NCBI GenBank assembly: GCA_963707125.1
Contig: CAVPOU010000002.1
Coordinates: 21,806-85,805 of the forward strand
DNA: 64,000 bases
DNA from: an uncultured delta proteobacterium
GTDB taxonomy: Bacteria > Desulfobacterota > DSM-4660 > Desulfatiglandales > HGW-15
Direction of reading: 5' to 3'
Numbering within the stretch: the stretch's first letter is position 1; every line of letters begins with the position of its first letter. The notes beneath the pieces are model-generated. The model was not told the origin of the DNA, searched no databases, and saw only the letters and a program-made list of their open reading frames with translations. The position numbers were made by a program, and so were the translations under genes. Positions 1-11,789 of this stretch are shown piece after piece.

Positions 1-1562
1 TGAGACTGGGCCTTGAAAAAGGGGATGTCGATTCGGATCCCTTCCCATTCCATGTCCATCAGAACCGGGACGAGCTTCATTTCCAGGTTGTAGAAAAGGT
101 CGTCATTCTTGTCAGAGACGAGTTGTTTCTCCATGAGGCGCTTCAACCTCCACGTCACCTCAGCCTTCTCGCAGGAGTATTCCATGGCCCTTGTCACGTC
201 CACTGCAGAAAAAGCGGCCGGGCCCTTGCTCTTTCCCACGACCTCCCCATAAGAGACGACTTTGGTGCCGAGGTGCTGTTGAACCAGGGTGTCCAGATCG
301 TGCTGCTTGAGCCCCGGATTGAGGACATAAGAGGCAATCATCGTGTCAAAATGAATCCCCTTGAGATGGGCCTTGCGACGGCGCAGCGCCAGAGCATCCG
401 CCTTGATATTCTGCCCCACTTTCGCAATGGAGTCGTCTTCCAGGACAGGCTTGAGGATTCCGAGCACCGGAGGAAACCCGAGTTGTTGGGGAACTCCCAG
501 ATAGGAATGGCCCAAAGGCACATAGGCCGCCTTCCCTTCCTCCCACGAAAAGGACATGCCCACCACCTCCGCCCTCAAAGGGTCTTCAGCCGTGGTCTCC
601 AATCGCAAGGAGACCCATCCGTGGTGTCTGATCCTGTCCGCCAGAACACGGAGATCTCCTTCAGAAAGGCACAAGCTGAAATCCTTTTTTCCGGTATCCT
701 CTGGCAGGGCAAACTGGTCCCAGAGATCCCTGAATTCAAGCTCCCGAAAAATCTCGCCGAGTTTCTTCTGATCTGCAGCAGCGATCCTGAGGTCCTCAAG
801 GTGCTCGTCCAAAGGCACGTGGAGATCCAGGGTCACCAGTCTTTTGCTGAGGATGGCATCGTCCCGGGCCTGCGCCAGGTTCTCCTTGAGTTTGGCTTTC
901 TTGATTTCCTGTGCCCTTTCCAGGACCTTTTCCAGACTCCCGAACTGCTTCACCAGGTCGATCGCCGTTTTCTCGCCCACGCCTGGGACACCAGGAATGT
1001 TGTCCGAACTGTCCCCTGAGAGACCCATGACATCGATAATCTGTTCCGGCTGCAGTCCGTACTCTTCTTTGAAACGGTCGTAAGTCGTGAGCCTATCCTT
1101 CATCGTATCCCAGAGCGTGACCGAGGGAGAGACGATCTGCCTGAAATCCTTGTCCCCGGTCACCACGATGATCTTGTAGCCCTGCTCCTCGCCCCTTCTC
1201 GCCAGGGTGCCGATGATGTCATCCGCCTCATAGCCTTCTTTTTCAATCATCGCGAGACCCAGCCCCTCCACGATGGCACGGATATAGGGGAACTGAGCAA
1301 TCAGTTCCTCAGGCGCAGGGGGTCTCGTTGCTTTGTACCCTTCATAGAGCGCATGCCTGAACGTAGGGCCTTTCGCATCAAAGACAACGGCCATGTAAGA
1401 GGGTTTTGTGTCCCGGAGGAGTTTGAGGAGCATTCTGGAAAACCCGAAGATGGCGTTCGTTGGAAGACCTCTGGAGCTTGAGAGGTTTCTCACCGCATGA
1501 AAGGCTCGATGGATGTAAGAGCTCCCATCCACCAGGTAAAGGACTTTTTCTTCTTGGATCAT
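1..1562 (-). CDS. polA: DNA polymerase I, 5' part (runs off the window edge)
   Basis: Not in the ORF track. Manual translation from ATG at 1562 gives MIQEEKVLYLVDGSSYIHRAFHAVRNLSSSRGLPTNAIFGF..., the 5'-3' exonuclease N-terminus; GYEADDIIGTLA follows. Confidence 0.95.
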   Translation of the reverse strand, partial: MIQEEKVLYLVDGSSYIHRAFHAVRNLSSSRGLPTNAIFGFSRMLLKLLRDTKPSYMAVVFDAKGPTFRHALYEGYKATRPPAPEELIAQFPYIRAIVEGLGLAMIEKEGYEADDIIGTLARRGEEQGYKIIVVTGDKDFRQIVSPSVTLWDTMKDRLTTYDRFKEEYGLQPEQIIDVMGLSGDSSDNIPGVPGVGEKTAIDLVKQFGSLEKVLERAQEIKKAKLKENLAQARDDAILSKRLVTLDLHVPLDEHLEDLRIAAADQKKLGEIFRELEFRDLWDQFALPEDTGKKDFSLCLSEGDLRVLADRIRHHGWVSLRLETTAEDPLRAEVVGMSFSWEEGKAAYVPLGHSYLGVPQQLGFPPVLGILKPVLEDDSIAKVGQNIKADALALRRRKAHLKGIHFDTMIASYVLNPGLKQHDLDTLVQQHLGTKVVSYGEVVGKSKGPAAFSAVDVTRAMEYSCEKAEVTWRLKRLMEKQLVSDKNDDLFYNLEMKLVPVLMDMEWEGIRIDIPFFKAQS

Positions 1563-1670
1563 GGTTCCTTCAACCTCTTGGGTCATGAAAGAGAAAAGAC
1601 GCGCAGGCAGGCTTCTTCTGGCGGTAAGGATGCGGCTGGCTGGATTCGAGGTGCCCTTGGCAAGGTCTCC

Positions 1671-2039
1671 TTAACCGACTCGACCCTCGTTCAGGAAATC
1701 GGCCAGATCCTGATCGGCTTCACGAAAGGTCAGCTTGGCCAGAGGGGGTGCGGCCCATCTTGGTCTCAACTCAGGCAGGACCATTCTCTTGCCCTTGGGC
1801 CGTCTTTTGCCGACAGCCGCCGGACAGGTGCTGGAGGTGAACCCGATCCTTGCCCCCTCTTGATCATAAATGATTTCATTAATAAACCAGCCGAGGTGGC
1901 GACCGTTGATGCCGTAAAGGTGATCCTCTTCATAGAGGTAAGCGACCGGATGACCGTCCCAGAGAAAGATGGCTCCGTGATAGTCCGTGGCGATGTAGGC
2001 CACCGTGTCCCCTTTTTTGTCGTACAGAGTCTTTTCCAT
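1671..2039 (-). CDS. Small beta-rich protein, resembles the 4-fold beta-flower family
   Basis: ORF of 122 aa with repeated LYD-x-G-x-VAY / LW-x-G-x-PVAY / YG-x-NG-x-HLGWF units; AGGAG RBS upstream. Family recognised from memory. Confidence 0.65.
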   Translation of the reverse strand: MEKTLYDKKGDTVAYIATDYHGAIFLWDGHPVAYLYEEDHLYGINGRHLGWFINEIIYDQEGARIGFTSSTCPAAVGKRRPKGKRMVLPELRPRWAAPPLAKLTFREADQDLADFLNEGRVG

Positions 2040-2086
2040 GTGACGAACGCTCTCCTGGAACTCTTACCCCGGAGCCGCTCAGTTTC

Positions 2087-2156
2087 AGTAAGGAGTAGGC
2101 AGTAAGCAGTAGGCAGTAGTTCTTGCTGCATACTCCCTACTTCATACTGCTTACTC
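2087..2156. repeat. Heptamer tandem/inverted repeat (AGTARGC family)
   Basis: agtaagg-agtaggc-agtaagc-agtaggc followed by reverse-complement units (tactgc-ttact). Confidence 0.75.
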
Positions 2157-2190
2157 ATTGTTGCCTCCTCCGGGGAAGTTTTAGGGGCAA

Positions 2191-2251
2191 GGAGGCGGTT
2201 GGCGGGATGAGTCCATTTCCGGTTGCGGACTCGCCAGAGACCACACCCCCC
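2191..2251 (-). ncRNA. Structured leader RNA, candidate Na+-I (DUF1646) riboswitch
   Basis: Minus strand GGGGGGUGUGGUCUCUGGCGAGUCCGCAACCGGAAAUGGACUCAUCCCGCCAACCGCCUCC has nested stems (UGGCG/CGCCA, GAGUCC/GGACUC). Class assignment is from recalled consensus only. Confidence 0.45.
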
Positions 2252-2358
2252 AGCCTCGGGCTCAAACAGTCTTTAGTTGCAGCCAACGACCTGCACTTTA
2301 ATAAAAGTTTCAAACACACTTTACCAGGGATCGCGAGGCAAAACAATAGAAAATTCCA

Positions 2359-3921
2359 TCACCTCGCGTACTCCACCGCCCTGGTCTCCCGGATCACCGT
2401 GACTTTGATCTGCCCGGGATAGGTCAACTCCTTTTCAATTTTCTTAGCAATGTCGCGACAGAGAACGAAAGACTGATCATCCCCCACAATTTTCCCCTCC
2501 ACCATGATTCGGATTTCACGACCTGCCTGGATCGCGTAGGACTTGGTCACTCCCTCGAAGGAGGTGGCAATCTTCTCCAGATCTTCCAGCCTCTTCACGT
2601 AGGATTCCAGCATCTCCTGCCGCGCACCCGGCCTGGCCCCGGACAACATGTCCGCTGCTTGAACCAGCACGGCAAGCACCGACTCCGGCGGCATCTCTTC
2701 ATGATGGGCCGCAATCGCGTGAATCACCTGGGGGGCTTCGTTATATTTCTTCGCGAGTTCCGCACCGATCAGGGCATGAGGGCCTTCGACTTCGTGGTCC
2801 ACCGCCTTTCCGATATCGTGGAGCAAGCCCGCTCTCTTGGCCTGCTTGACATTCAGGCCGAGTTCAGAGGCCATGACCCCGCAGAGGAATCCCACCTCTA
2901 TGGAATGAAGAAAGACGTTCTGGGCAAAACTGGTCCGATACTTGAGCCTGCCCACCAGTTTGATGATTTCCGGGTCCATCCCGTGGACTCCCATGTCAAA
3001 GGCCGCCTGCTCGCCCGATTCTTTGATGCCCGCCTCGATCTCCTTGTTCACCTTATCCACCATCTCCTCGATGCGAGCAGGGTGGATTCTACCGTCATCG
3101 ATCAATCGCTCCAGTGCAATTTTTGCCACTTGACGGCGCACCGGGTTGAAACCGGAAAGAATCACCGCTTCCGGCGTATCGTCAATGATCACATCAATTC
3201 CTGTGGCCGCTTCAAGCGCACGAATATTCCGACCCTCTCGCCCGATGATCCGGCCTTTCATTTCTTCGTTGGGCAAGCTCACCACGGACACGGTTTTCTC
3301 CGCCACATAGTCGCCTGCATACCTCTTGATGGCCAGCCCAAGAATTTCCTGGGCCTTTCGCTGGGCCGCCTCCCTGGTTTCGCTCTCGATCCTGCGCATG
3401 AGCTTTGCCGCGTCCGCCTTGGCCTCCTCCTCCAGAGAGCCTATGAGCAGAGCTTTGGCTTCCTCGCTGGAAAGTCCTGCCAGCCTTTCGATCTCCTTTC
3501 TCTGGTTTGCGACCATTTCCTCAAGCTGGGCGTGTTTTGTCTTTATATCCTCTTCAATGGTCTCGATATCTTTTTCTTTTCTAGTGAGTTTCCTCTCCTT
3601 TTGCTCATACTGTTCAATTTTCTTGTCCAGGTTTTCTTCTTTGTGAAAGAGCCTTTTCTCCTGGACCGCCATCTGTTCTTTTTTCTCTTTGGTCTCCCTG
3701 TCGAACTCCAGGTTCATCTGGTAGAGAGTATCCTTGGCCCTGATGGCTGCCTCCCTTTTCAGAGCCTTGGATCTCTTGTGGGCCTCATTGATGATCTTTT
3801 TCGAATAGTTCCTGATAGAGTCATACTGTCTTTCCACCACCCTCTTTCGGGTCCAGAATCCGAAGAGAAGACCCAAAAGAATCCCCACGACAAAGATTCC
3901 TACAATTTGAATCCATGACAT
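2359..3921 (-). CDS. rny: Ribonuclease Y
   Basis: N-terminal TM helix, coiled coil, KH domain ([14 protein letters not shown]), HD domain (LLHDIGK). Confidence 0.97.
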   Translation of the reverse strand: MSWIQIVGIFVVGILLGLLFGFWTRKRVVERQYDSIRNYSKKIINEAHKRSKALKREAAIRAKDTLYQMNLEFDRETKEKKEQMAVQEKRLFHKEENLDKKIEQYEQKERKLTRKEKDIETIEEDIKTKHAQLEEMVANQRKEIERLAGLSSEEAKALLIGSLEEEAKADAAKLMRRIESETREAAQRKAQEILGLAIKRYAGDYVAEKTVSVVSLPNEEMKGRIIGREGRNIRALEAATGIDVIIDDTPEAVILSGFNPVRRQVAKIALERLIDDGRIHPARIEEMVDKVNKEIEAGIKESGEQAAFDMGVHGMDPEIIKLVGRLKYRTSFAQNVFLHSIEVGFLCGVMASELGLNVKQAKRAGLLHDIGKAVDHEVEGPHALIGAELAKKYNEAPQVIHAIAAHHEEMPPESVLAVLVQAADMLSGARPGARQEMLESYVKRLEDLEKIATSFEGVTKSYAIQAGREIRIMVEGKIVGDDQSFVLCRDIAKKIEKELTYPGQIKVTVIRETRAVEYAR

Positions 3922-4082
3922 ATCTCACCATCCTCTGTATATTGAGATAGCAGCAACCCCTGCGCCGGGTCCATACAGACGTGGAGGTCTGCTGGTTAAA
4001 ACCTGCGTTCCGGGCAGTCCTTGGAGGGACGGCTAAGAGAGGAAAGAGAAATCAGAAGGGAAATAAAGCGACTGAGGGAAAC

Positions 4083-4125
4083 AAAAAAATAAGCCGAGAC
4101 CTCTTGGCCGCAAGGTCAAGAGATC
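4083..4125 (-). terminator. Putative intrinsic terminator after the 6S-position RNA
   Basis: Minus strand hairpin CTCTTGACC-TTGC-GGCCAAGAG followed by a T7 tract. Confidence 0.5.
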
Positions 4126-4337
4126 CCTCACACACAGCCTTTTATCGTCAATGCTTCCCGCAGGGAGCATGTTGCTATGTTCTGAACGATATGTCAAAAG
4201 GCTCGTTTCCATCGTGCCTTACTAATCAACCCGTCCTCTTCTGACCGCCTCTGTTCCCCATTTCTAAGCAGGTCATATGTGTTTCGACGACACCCCCTCT
4301 TCTTCCCTGCTCAAGGGACGGGACAAAAGGGGATCTC
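4120..4337 (-). ncRNA. ssrS: Putative 6S RNA (structured RNA directly downstream of zapA)
   Basis: Canonical zapA-ssrS-rny synteny; terminal stem GAGAUCCC/GGGAUCUC plus internal stems CCCGUCC/GGACGGG and AGCCUUUU/AAAAGGCU. Confidence 0.55.
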
Positions 4338-4629
4338 ATCGTTTTTCAGTAGGTCCTATCACCGAGTCAATCGAGCGAATCAGGGACTGAGTCCGCTGCC
4401 GCAGCTTGGAATGCAGGTCTTCCCTCTCCTTGAGAATCTGGAAATAATCGCCTGCAATATCGAGCGCTGCAAGAATGGCCGTCCTTTTTTCGGACAACCC
4501 CTCAGCGCCCTCTTCAATTTCCTTCAGTTTGTCATTGACGTAATCCGCGATCCTTTGCACCTGCTGCTCGTCGTCTTCACCCTGAACAAGGTACTCGGCA
4601 TTGCGGATTCTGACTTTAACAGGCTCCAT
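4336..4629 (-). CDS. zapA: Cell division protein ZapA
   Basis: MEPVKVRIRNAEY...IADYVNDKL...AILAALDIA; start moved to the internal ATG at 4629. Confidence 0.9.
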   Translation of the reverse strand: MEPVKVRIRNAEYLVQGEDDEQQVQRIADYVNDKLKEIEEGAEGLSEKRTAILAALDIAGDYFQILKEREDLHSKLRQRTQSLIRSIDSVIGPTEKR

Positions 4630-4688
4630 GAAACTCCCTGGGAAAGCCGCTTTTGGCGAAAGCGAAACGCACGGTACACCATGCAATT

Positions 4689-4931
4689 TTAATGAGTTAT
4701 CTCAATTTGCTCAAGCTTCTCCAACAAAGAAAGAACTCTTTGCTTTGCCTTATCCCTTGAGCCCTTCAAATTCTCAAGCTCACTGGTCAGATCAGCAATT
4801 TTTCCCTCCTGAATGTGGAGTTTTTCAAGCATAGATTCTCTTTCTTTCTTGAGCGAGTTAGCGAATTTTATCAGGGAATCCACTTTTGCTTCAAGGACTT
4901 GAAACTGATCCATTTCCTCTGTTTTAAACAT
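4689..4931 (-). CDS. zapB: ZapB-like coiled-coil cell division protein
   Basis: 80 aa coiled coil (LEAKVDSLI...RVLSLLEKLE) directly upstream of zapA. Confidence 0.75.
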   Translation of the reverse strand: MFKTEEMDQFQVLEAKVDSLIKFANSLKKERESMLEKLHIQEGKIADLTSELENLKGSRDKAKQRVLSLLEKLEQIEITH

Positions 4932-5017
4932 GACACCCCTTCACTGACTCCAACGAAATAGCCAGGATCTCTATTCCCGGCACTATGGTTCATACTATCG
5001 TGCAGGGGAGAAAAGTC

Positions 5018-5053
5018 AATAAAAAAGACAAGCTTATGCTTGTCTTTTTTATT
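5018..5053. terminator. Bidirectional intrinsic terminator after atpC
   Basis: Perfect inverted repeat AATAAAAAAGACAAGC-TTAT-GCTTGTCTTTTTTATT. Confidence 0.85.
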
Positions 5054-5081
5054 GTTCCATCCCCACTTGAGGAACTCTATG

Positions 5082-5492
5082 TCACAGGGCCTTCTGAACG
5101 ACTTTCAGCCTCGCCACAGCCCTCCGAAGGGCAGCCTCTGCCCTGGCAAAATCAATTTCTTTGTCTGATCGATCACGGGAAAGCCGCTCCTTGGCCCTTT
5201 CCATGGCTTTCTTGGCTCTCTCCGCGTCGATTTCAGTCACTCTCTCGGCTGCATCCACGAGAATCGCGACTTTGTTCTTGAACACCTCAGCAAAACCCGC
5301 GGTCACGGACAGAACCTCTTTCTCAGAACCGGCGGTGTAGCGCAATTCACCGGGAACAATCCCTGAAAGGAAAGACACATGGCCCGATAAAACGCCGAAT
5401 TCCCCTTCGCTGCCGGGTGCGACCACACTATCCACGTCCTTTTCAAGCACCACCCTGGCGGGCGTCACGATTTCCAGATGGAGTTTATCCAT
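5082..5492 (-). CDS. atpC: ATP synthase F1 epsilon
   Basis: LHLEIVTP...GEFGVLSGH...AEAALRRAVARL. Confidence 0.96.
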   Translation of the reverse strand: MDKLHLEIVTPARVVLEKDVDSVVAPGSEGEFGVLSGHVSFLSGIVPGELRYTAGSEKEVLSVTAGFAEVFKNKVAILVDAAERVTEIDAERAKKAMERAKERLSRDRSDKEIDFARAEAALRRAVARLKVVQKAL

Positions 5493-5510
5493 AACTTACC
5501 CTATCTCTCG

Positions 5511-6953
<1,443 letters not shown>

Positions 6954-7057
6954 TTAAAAAAGCATAGCGCTTAGAGCATAGAGTAAAAAACTTTTCTCGG
7001 TGTTTACCTCTCTGCTCTCAGCTCTTTGCTCTCCGCTATCTTTGCCTTGAACCGTTC

Positions 7058-7933
7058 TCATGCATTTCTCAGCGCTTCGGCACCGCCCACGATATCCATG
7101 AGTTCCGCGGTAATTGCAGCCTGCCTGGCCTTGTTGTAGACCAGCGTCAGACTGCCGATCAGCTCTGAGCAGTTCTTGGTCGCATTGTCCATGGCGGCCA
7201 TGCGCGCCGCGTGCTCGCTCGTCTCCTGCTGGAGAAAGCCGTTCAAAATCTGGACGCTGATGTTCTTGGGAAGCAAATCCACCAGCAGTTGCTCTGAAGA
7301 AGGTTCATAAAGGTAATCCACCCTTCCCCCCTCGGCGCCTTCCTGTTTCGGAGGTTCTATGGGGATCAGTTTCACCAGGGTGGGTTCCTGCTTTGCCATG
7401 CTCACAAAGCGAGAAAAAAGCATGTAGACTTCGTCAACCTCCCCCGCCATGAACCGCTGGATAAAGCCGGCGGTCATCTTGTTCACAAAGGAAATATCCA
7501 CGGTTCCATAGATGTTGGTGTGGGCCGTCGTCACAGGAACCGCCTTTCTCCTGAAGTAATCTCTCCCCTTCTTTCCCACCAGGGTGAGGCGGACTTCCAG
7601 ACCTTTAGTCCCCTGCTCCTTGATCCACTTCTCCGCCTTGAGGATGGAGTTCATGTTGAAACTCCCGCACAGACCCCTGTCGGCCGTGAAGTGAAGGAGC
7701 TCCACCCTGGAGACTTTCTCCCTCTTGCTCAGCAGAGGGTGAATGTCCGGATCGATGTGGCTGGCCAGGTTTCCAAGGACTTCAGAAAACTTCCGGGCAT
7801 AGGGTTCGAAATTTTCCATTTTCGCCTGCGTGCTCCGGAGCCTGGCCGCAGCCACCATGTTCATCGCCCGGGTAATCTGTTTGGTTTTCCTGACTGCGGA
7901 GATCTTCTGCTTGATGTCTCTTAACGTTGCCAT
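7058..7933 (-). CDS. atpG: ATP synthase F1 gamma
   Basis: DRGLCG and NKARQAAITAEL motifs. Confidence 0.98.
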   Translation of the reverse strand: MATLRDIKQKISAVRKTKQITRAMNMVAAARLRSTQAKMENFEPYARKFSEVLGNLASHIDPDIHPLLSKREKVSRVELLHFTADRGLCGSFNMNSILKAEKWIKEQGTKGLEVRLTLVGKKGRDYFRRKAVPVTTAHTNIYGTVDISFVNKMTAGFIQRFMAGEVDEVYMLFSRFVSMAKQEPTLVKLIPIEPPKQEGAEGGRVDYLYEPSSEQLLVDLLPKNISVQILNGFLQQETSEHAARMAAMDNATKNCSELIGSLTLVYNKARQAAITAELMDIVGGAEALRNA

Positions 7934-7949
7934 CGACTCCCCTTGAACT

Positions 7950-9470
7950 CTACGATCTTGAGGCCGACTGGAACATCCCCTTGAACTGGTCCAGAGCCTT
8001 CTTCATTTTCCCTTCCAGCTCATCGCTGATGATCGCTTTTTCCTTGATCTCCTTCAAAATCTCCGGGTGCTTGGTTCCAACGAATTCGAGCATTTGCTTC
8101 TCGTATTCGCTCACGGAATCGGTCGGGACTTCGTCAAGGTATCCGAAGGCTCCGGCAAAAAGGATCATCACCTGCTTTTCTGCGGGCATGGGCTGGTACT
8201 GAGGCTGTTTCAGGATTTCCACCAGCCTGCGCCCCCGATTGAGCTGACGCTGCGTCGACTTGTCCAGGTCGCTTCCGAACTGGGCAAAGGCCTCCAGCTC
8301 TCGGTACTGAGCCATGTCCAAACGAAGGCTGCCGGCAACCTTTCTCATGGCCTTGGTTTGAGCGGATCCTCCCACACGGGACACCGAGAGCCCCACGTTG
8401 ATGGCCGGCCGCATGCCGGAAAAGAAGAGGCCCGGTTCCAGGTACACCTGTCCATCCGTAATGGAAATCACGTTGGTCGGGATGTAGGCGGACACGTCGC
8501 CAGCCTGAGTTTCAATAATGGGAAGAGCAGTCAGCGACCCTCCTCCGAGCGTGTCGTTTAATTTAGCGGCCCTCTCCAGGAGCCGGGAGTGGTTGTAGAA
8601 GATATCGCCGGGGAAGGCTTCTCGTCCCGGCGGCCTCCTCAGGAGCAGAGAAACCTGACGGTAGGCAACCGCTTGCTTGGAGAGGTCATCGTAGATGATC
8701 AGGGCGTGCTTGCCCTTGTCCCTATAATATTCGCCAATGGCGCAGCCGGAATAAGGGGCAATGTACTGCTGGGTGGCAGGGTCACTCGCACAGGCTGCAA
8801 CGACCGTCGTGTACTCCATGGCCCCGTTCCGCCGCAACACATCCACCACCTGGGCCACGGTTGATTTCTTCTGCCCCACCGCCACATAGATGCAGAAAAT
8901 CCCCGAGTCCTTCTGATTGATGATGGCATCCACGCCGATGGCCGTCTTGCCGATCTGCCGGTCTCCGATGATCAGCTCTCTCTGGCCGCGGCCGATAGGA
9001 GTCATGGCGTCGATCGCTTTGATCCCTGTGTACATCGATTCCTTCACCGGCTGACGCGCGATGACGCCTGGGGCGACCATCTCGATTCTTCGGAACTCGG
9101 TGGCATTGATGGGGCCCTTGCCGTCCAGGGGAGTCCCCACGGCATCAATCACACGGCCCAGCACCGGCTGCCCCACAGGGATCTCTGCGATACGGCCCGT
9201 ACGTTTGACCGTGTCCCCTTCCTTGATCTTAGCGTCATCGCCCATGATGGCCACACCGACATTGTCCTCTTCCAGATTAAGGCAGAGACCGTAGATGCTG
9301 CCTGGGAACTCCAGCATCTCCATGGCCATGGCATTCTGCACCCCATGGACCCTCGCCACCCCGTCCCCTACGGACAGGACAATACCGGTCTCGCTCATTT
9401 CGACCTTTTTCTCATAATCCTTAATCTGGCCCCTGATAATCTGACTGATCTCTTCTGCTCTGATTTCCAT
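7950..9470 (-). CDS. atpA: ATP synthase F1 alpha
   Basis: GDRQIGKT and [12 protein letters not shown] motifs. Confidence 0.99.
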   Translation of the reverse strand: MEIRAEEISQIIRGQIKDYEKKVEMSETGIVLSVGDGVARVHGVQNAMAMEMLEFPGSIYGLCLNLEEDNVGVAIMGDDAKIKEGDTVKRTGRIAEIPVGQPVLGRVIDAVGTPLDGKGPINATEFRRIEMVAPGVIARQPVKESMYTGIKAIDAMTPIGRGQRELIIGDRQIGKTAIGVDAIINQKDSGIFCIYVAVGQKKSTVAQVVDVLRRNGAMEYTTVVAACASDPATQQYIAPYSGCAIGEYYRDKGKHALIIYDDLSKQAVAYRQVSLLLRRPPGREAFPGDIFYNHSRLLERAAKLNDTLGGGSLTALPIIETQAGDVSAYIPTNVISITDGQVYLEPGLFFSGMRPAINVGLSVSRVGGSAQTKAMRKVAGSLRLDMAQYRELEAFAQFGSDLDKSTQRQLNRGRRLVEILKQPQYQPMPAEKQVMILFAGAFGYLDEVPTDSVSEYEKQMLEFVGTKHPEILKEIKEKAIISDELEGKMKKALDQFKGMFQSASRS

Positions 9471-9475
9471 GCCCT

Positions 9476-10021
9476 TTACTCACCCCTTTTCAGTGATTCT
9501 TTAATCCCTTCCACCTGGGCCTTCACGCTCCCATCGACCACCAGATCACCGATTTTGACGATGATCCCTCCCATAATGCTCTTATCCTGCCGAACATTCA
9601 TTCTAACCTTCTTGGAGGTCATTTGCTCCAAGGCCTTCCCCAGTTTGTTCTCCGCCTCTCCGCTGAGAGGCCTGGGGACGACGACTTCCGCACGAACAAT
9701 GCCGGATACTTCGTCGGTCAGTTGCTCATAATGGGCACTGATCTCTCCCACCGCAGTGATCCGGTTCTTGTCGAGAAGGAGACTCAAGAAATTCCGGATG
9801 GTGTCCGAGTAGCCGCTCCTGCCCAACAGAGCCTTCAGAACTTCCCTTCGATCTTCCAGCTTAAACGCGGGGTTGGAAATGGCCTGATTCAGTTCTCGGC
9901 GGGATGCATAGAAGGCGGAAAAATCCTGAAGCTCTTTGCCATATTCCTGGTGACGGCCCTCTTCCATTCCGAGACTCAGAAGAGCCTTGGCATAGCGTTT
10001 AGAAACTTTCGAGCGTATCAA
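9476..10021 (-). CDS. atpH: ATP synthase delta
   Basis: VSKRYAKAL...[16 protein letters not shown]; operon position. Confidence 0.96.
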   Translation of the reverse strand: MIRSKVSKRYAKALLSLGMEEGRHQEYGKELQDFSAFYASRRELNQAISNPAFKLEDRREVLKALLGRSGYSDTIRNFLSLLLDKNRITAVGEISAHYEQLTDEVSGIVRAEVVVPRPLSGEAENKLGKALEQMTSKKVRMNVRQDKSIMGGIIVKIGDLVVDGSVKAQVEGIKESLKRGE

Positions 10022-10623
10022 TGTGTCTTCCCCAGCCTTTCTATAAATTCATTCACCAGGCGGTCCTGGTCCTTGTCCGTCATCTCTCGGGCAATGATCT
10101 CTTCCGCTCTTTGAGCGGCAAGGGCCACCACTTCCTGTTTCAGCTTTTCCTTTGCAGTCTGGATCTCGTACTGGATGCTCACCCCAGCCTGCTCAAGCAT
10201 CTGTTTGGCCCGCTCCCCGGCCTCGGCCAGGATCCTTTCTTTCTCTGCGAGACCGTCCGCCCTGAATTGCTCCAGGATCTCTTTTCGTTCCCCTTCAAAC
10301 GCTTTCAGCTTGCTTTCCAGCTCTTGCGCTTTTCGCTCGGCCGTCTCCCTTTGTCTCTTCAGCTCTTCCAGTTCCTTTTTGATTCCCTCGATCCTGGAGG
10401 AAAAGTATTCCTTGATCGGAAGTTTTCTCAAAACGATGAAGAGAATAATCACGAGGAGAGAAAAATTAATGGCCCGGTAAAGCAGATCGAGAAGATCACC
10501 GCTCCGATCGGCTCCGCCTCCCCCTGCGGCCAAGGCGAAGGAAGAAAGCAAGACACTGACTGCGGCAAAACATCCAACCATGAAGAAGCGTCTTCTTCTG
10601 TTCTTGCGGCGTGTCTCCATCAA
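10018..10623 (-). CDS. atpF: ATP synthase F0 subunit b
   Basis: TM segment (RAINFSLLVIIL) plus long coiled coil; operon position. Confidence 0.92.
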   Translation of the reverse strand: MMETRRKNRRRRFFMVGCFAAVSVLLSSFALAAGGGGADRSGDLLDLLYRAINFSLLVIILFIVLRKLPIKEYFSSRIEGIKKELEELKRQRETAERKAQELESKLKAFEGERKEILEQFRADGLAEKERILAEAGERAKQMLEQAGVSIQYEIQTAKEKLKQEVVALAAQRAEEIIAREMTDKDQDRLVNEFIERLGKTH

Positions 10624-11045
10624 ACGCTCCTCCCCAGGATTTTCTCGGCAAGCTCTTTCGAGAAGAGATGGAGTTCCTTCTCCAGAGCCCCTCTGGCCTC
10701 CAGGAGCTTCTTTTCCATTTCCGTTCTCGCCTGCCCCATCCGTTCTCCAGAAGCTGAAGCCGCCTCTTTCAAGAGCGTCTTTTCCTCTTCCAAACCCTGG
10801 TTTTTCAGGCTTTCCTTCTCCTGATATCCCGTCTTCTTCGCTTTGGCCTTGCTCTCTTCAAGCTCTCCGGCGAAGCGATTCGCGTTACCTTCCAGTTCGT
10901 TCACGGAATTTTGCAGGCCATCGATTTCCGTTTTTCTCTTGCCGAGAATCTGGCGAACCGGTCTGTACAAAATGATGTTCAGGATAAAGAGTAGGAAGAG
11001 AAAATTCGCTAACTGAAGAAAGAGGGTATAATCTGGCATGATCAT
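10620..11045 (-). CDS. ATP synthase F0 subunit b'
   Basis: PDYTLFLQLANFLFLLFILNIILYRP plus coiled coil ending AEKILGRSV. Confidence 0.92.
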   Translation of the reverse strand: MIMPDYTLFLQLANFLFLLFILNIILYRPVRQILGKRKTEIDGLQNSVNELEGNANRFAGELEESKAKAKKTGYQEKESLKNQGLEEEKTLLKEAASASGERMGQARTEMEKKLLEARGALEKELHLFSKELAEKILGRSV

Positions 11046-11074
11046 AGCGCCCTTTCCTCCTTCGTGCTTCGATT

Positions 11075-11239
11075 GTAACTGCTCAGGTCTTTAGGCTGAA
11101 GGCTGAAGACTGAAGGGCAATAATGATCATCCATGACACAATCACCTGCCAACGTATCCAAACGATCTTGGCTTTGTGTGATCGCGCATGTCTTTTCCTT
11201 CAGTCTATCTACCTTCAGTCTATCTACCTGAGTAGTTAC
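11075..11239. mobile_element. MITE-like element with terminal inverted repeats
   Basis: GTAACTGCTCAGG ... CCTGAGTAGTTAC (12/13 inverted match) enclosing GGCTGAA/GACTGAA heptamers and their reverse complements. Confidence 0.55.
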
Positions 11240-11343
11240 CTTCGATTTATAAATCGAAGGACTTAGCGAAGGCTTTTACAAAAACACCAATCCCTTTGTC
11301 AAAGTTTCTTGTTCGGTTCTCCTCTTTTTTTTTGCGGCTTTGT

Positions 11344-11712
11344 CTATTCGGCAGGCTGTGGTTTCTCGTCGTCAGGCGTTTTGATATCCTGCATCCGGCA
11401 ACAGCCTTCGAAAACGACCCCTTCATCCATCACCACAGCCGGAGCCTGGATGTTTCCAAACACTTTTCCAGGAGGGTGGATCTCAATCTTCTCGGCGGCG
11501 AAGAGATTGCCTCGAACCTCCCCGCACACCACCAAATGGGAGACTTGAACATCGGCCTCGATGACCGCGCCATCGCCCACAATCAGGGTGCCGTCCGTCA
11601 GGATCTCTCCTTTGAACCGGCCATCGATCCGAACGGTCCCGGAGAAAGACAGCTTTCCATCGAACTCGGTGTTCTTTCCTAAAAAGGCGTTGATTTCGTC
11701 CCTTCGTTTCAT
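11344..11712 (-). CDS. Bactofilin (polymer-forming cytoskeletal protein)
   Basis: FLGKNTEFDGKLSFSGTVRIDGRFKGEI...EGVVFEGCCRM beta-helix pattern. Confidence 0.93.
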   Translation of the reverse strand: MKRRDEINAFLGKNTEFDGKLSFSGTVRIDGRFKGEILTDGTLIVGDGAVIEADVQVSHLVVCGEVRGNLFAAEKIEIHPPGKVFGNIQAPAVVMDEGVVFEGCCRMQDIKTPDDEKPQPAE

Positions 11713-11789
11713 GTCCTGATCTCCGAGGGGTTAAGCAAGAATGTTTAGCATAGCCCTGGGAAGTTGGCAAGAAAAAATCAGGGGAATGG

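Noticed and set aside
123-1019. Long plus-strand ORF (also 2659-3918, 13239-14699, 18908-20023, 33763-34749 and similar)
   Set aside because: Antisense shadows of well-conserved genes in GC-rich DNA, with no recognisable motifs.
1766-2158. 130-aa ORF with a strong RBS
   Set aside because: The N-terminus is translated heptamer repeat and the rest overlaps the beta-flower gene in another frame; not called as a protein.
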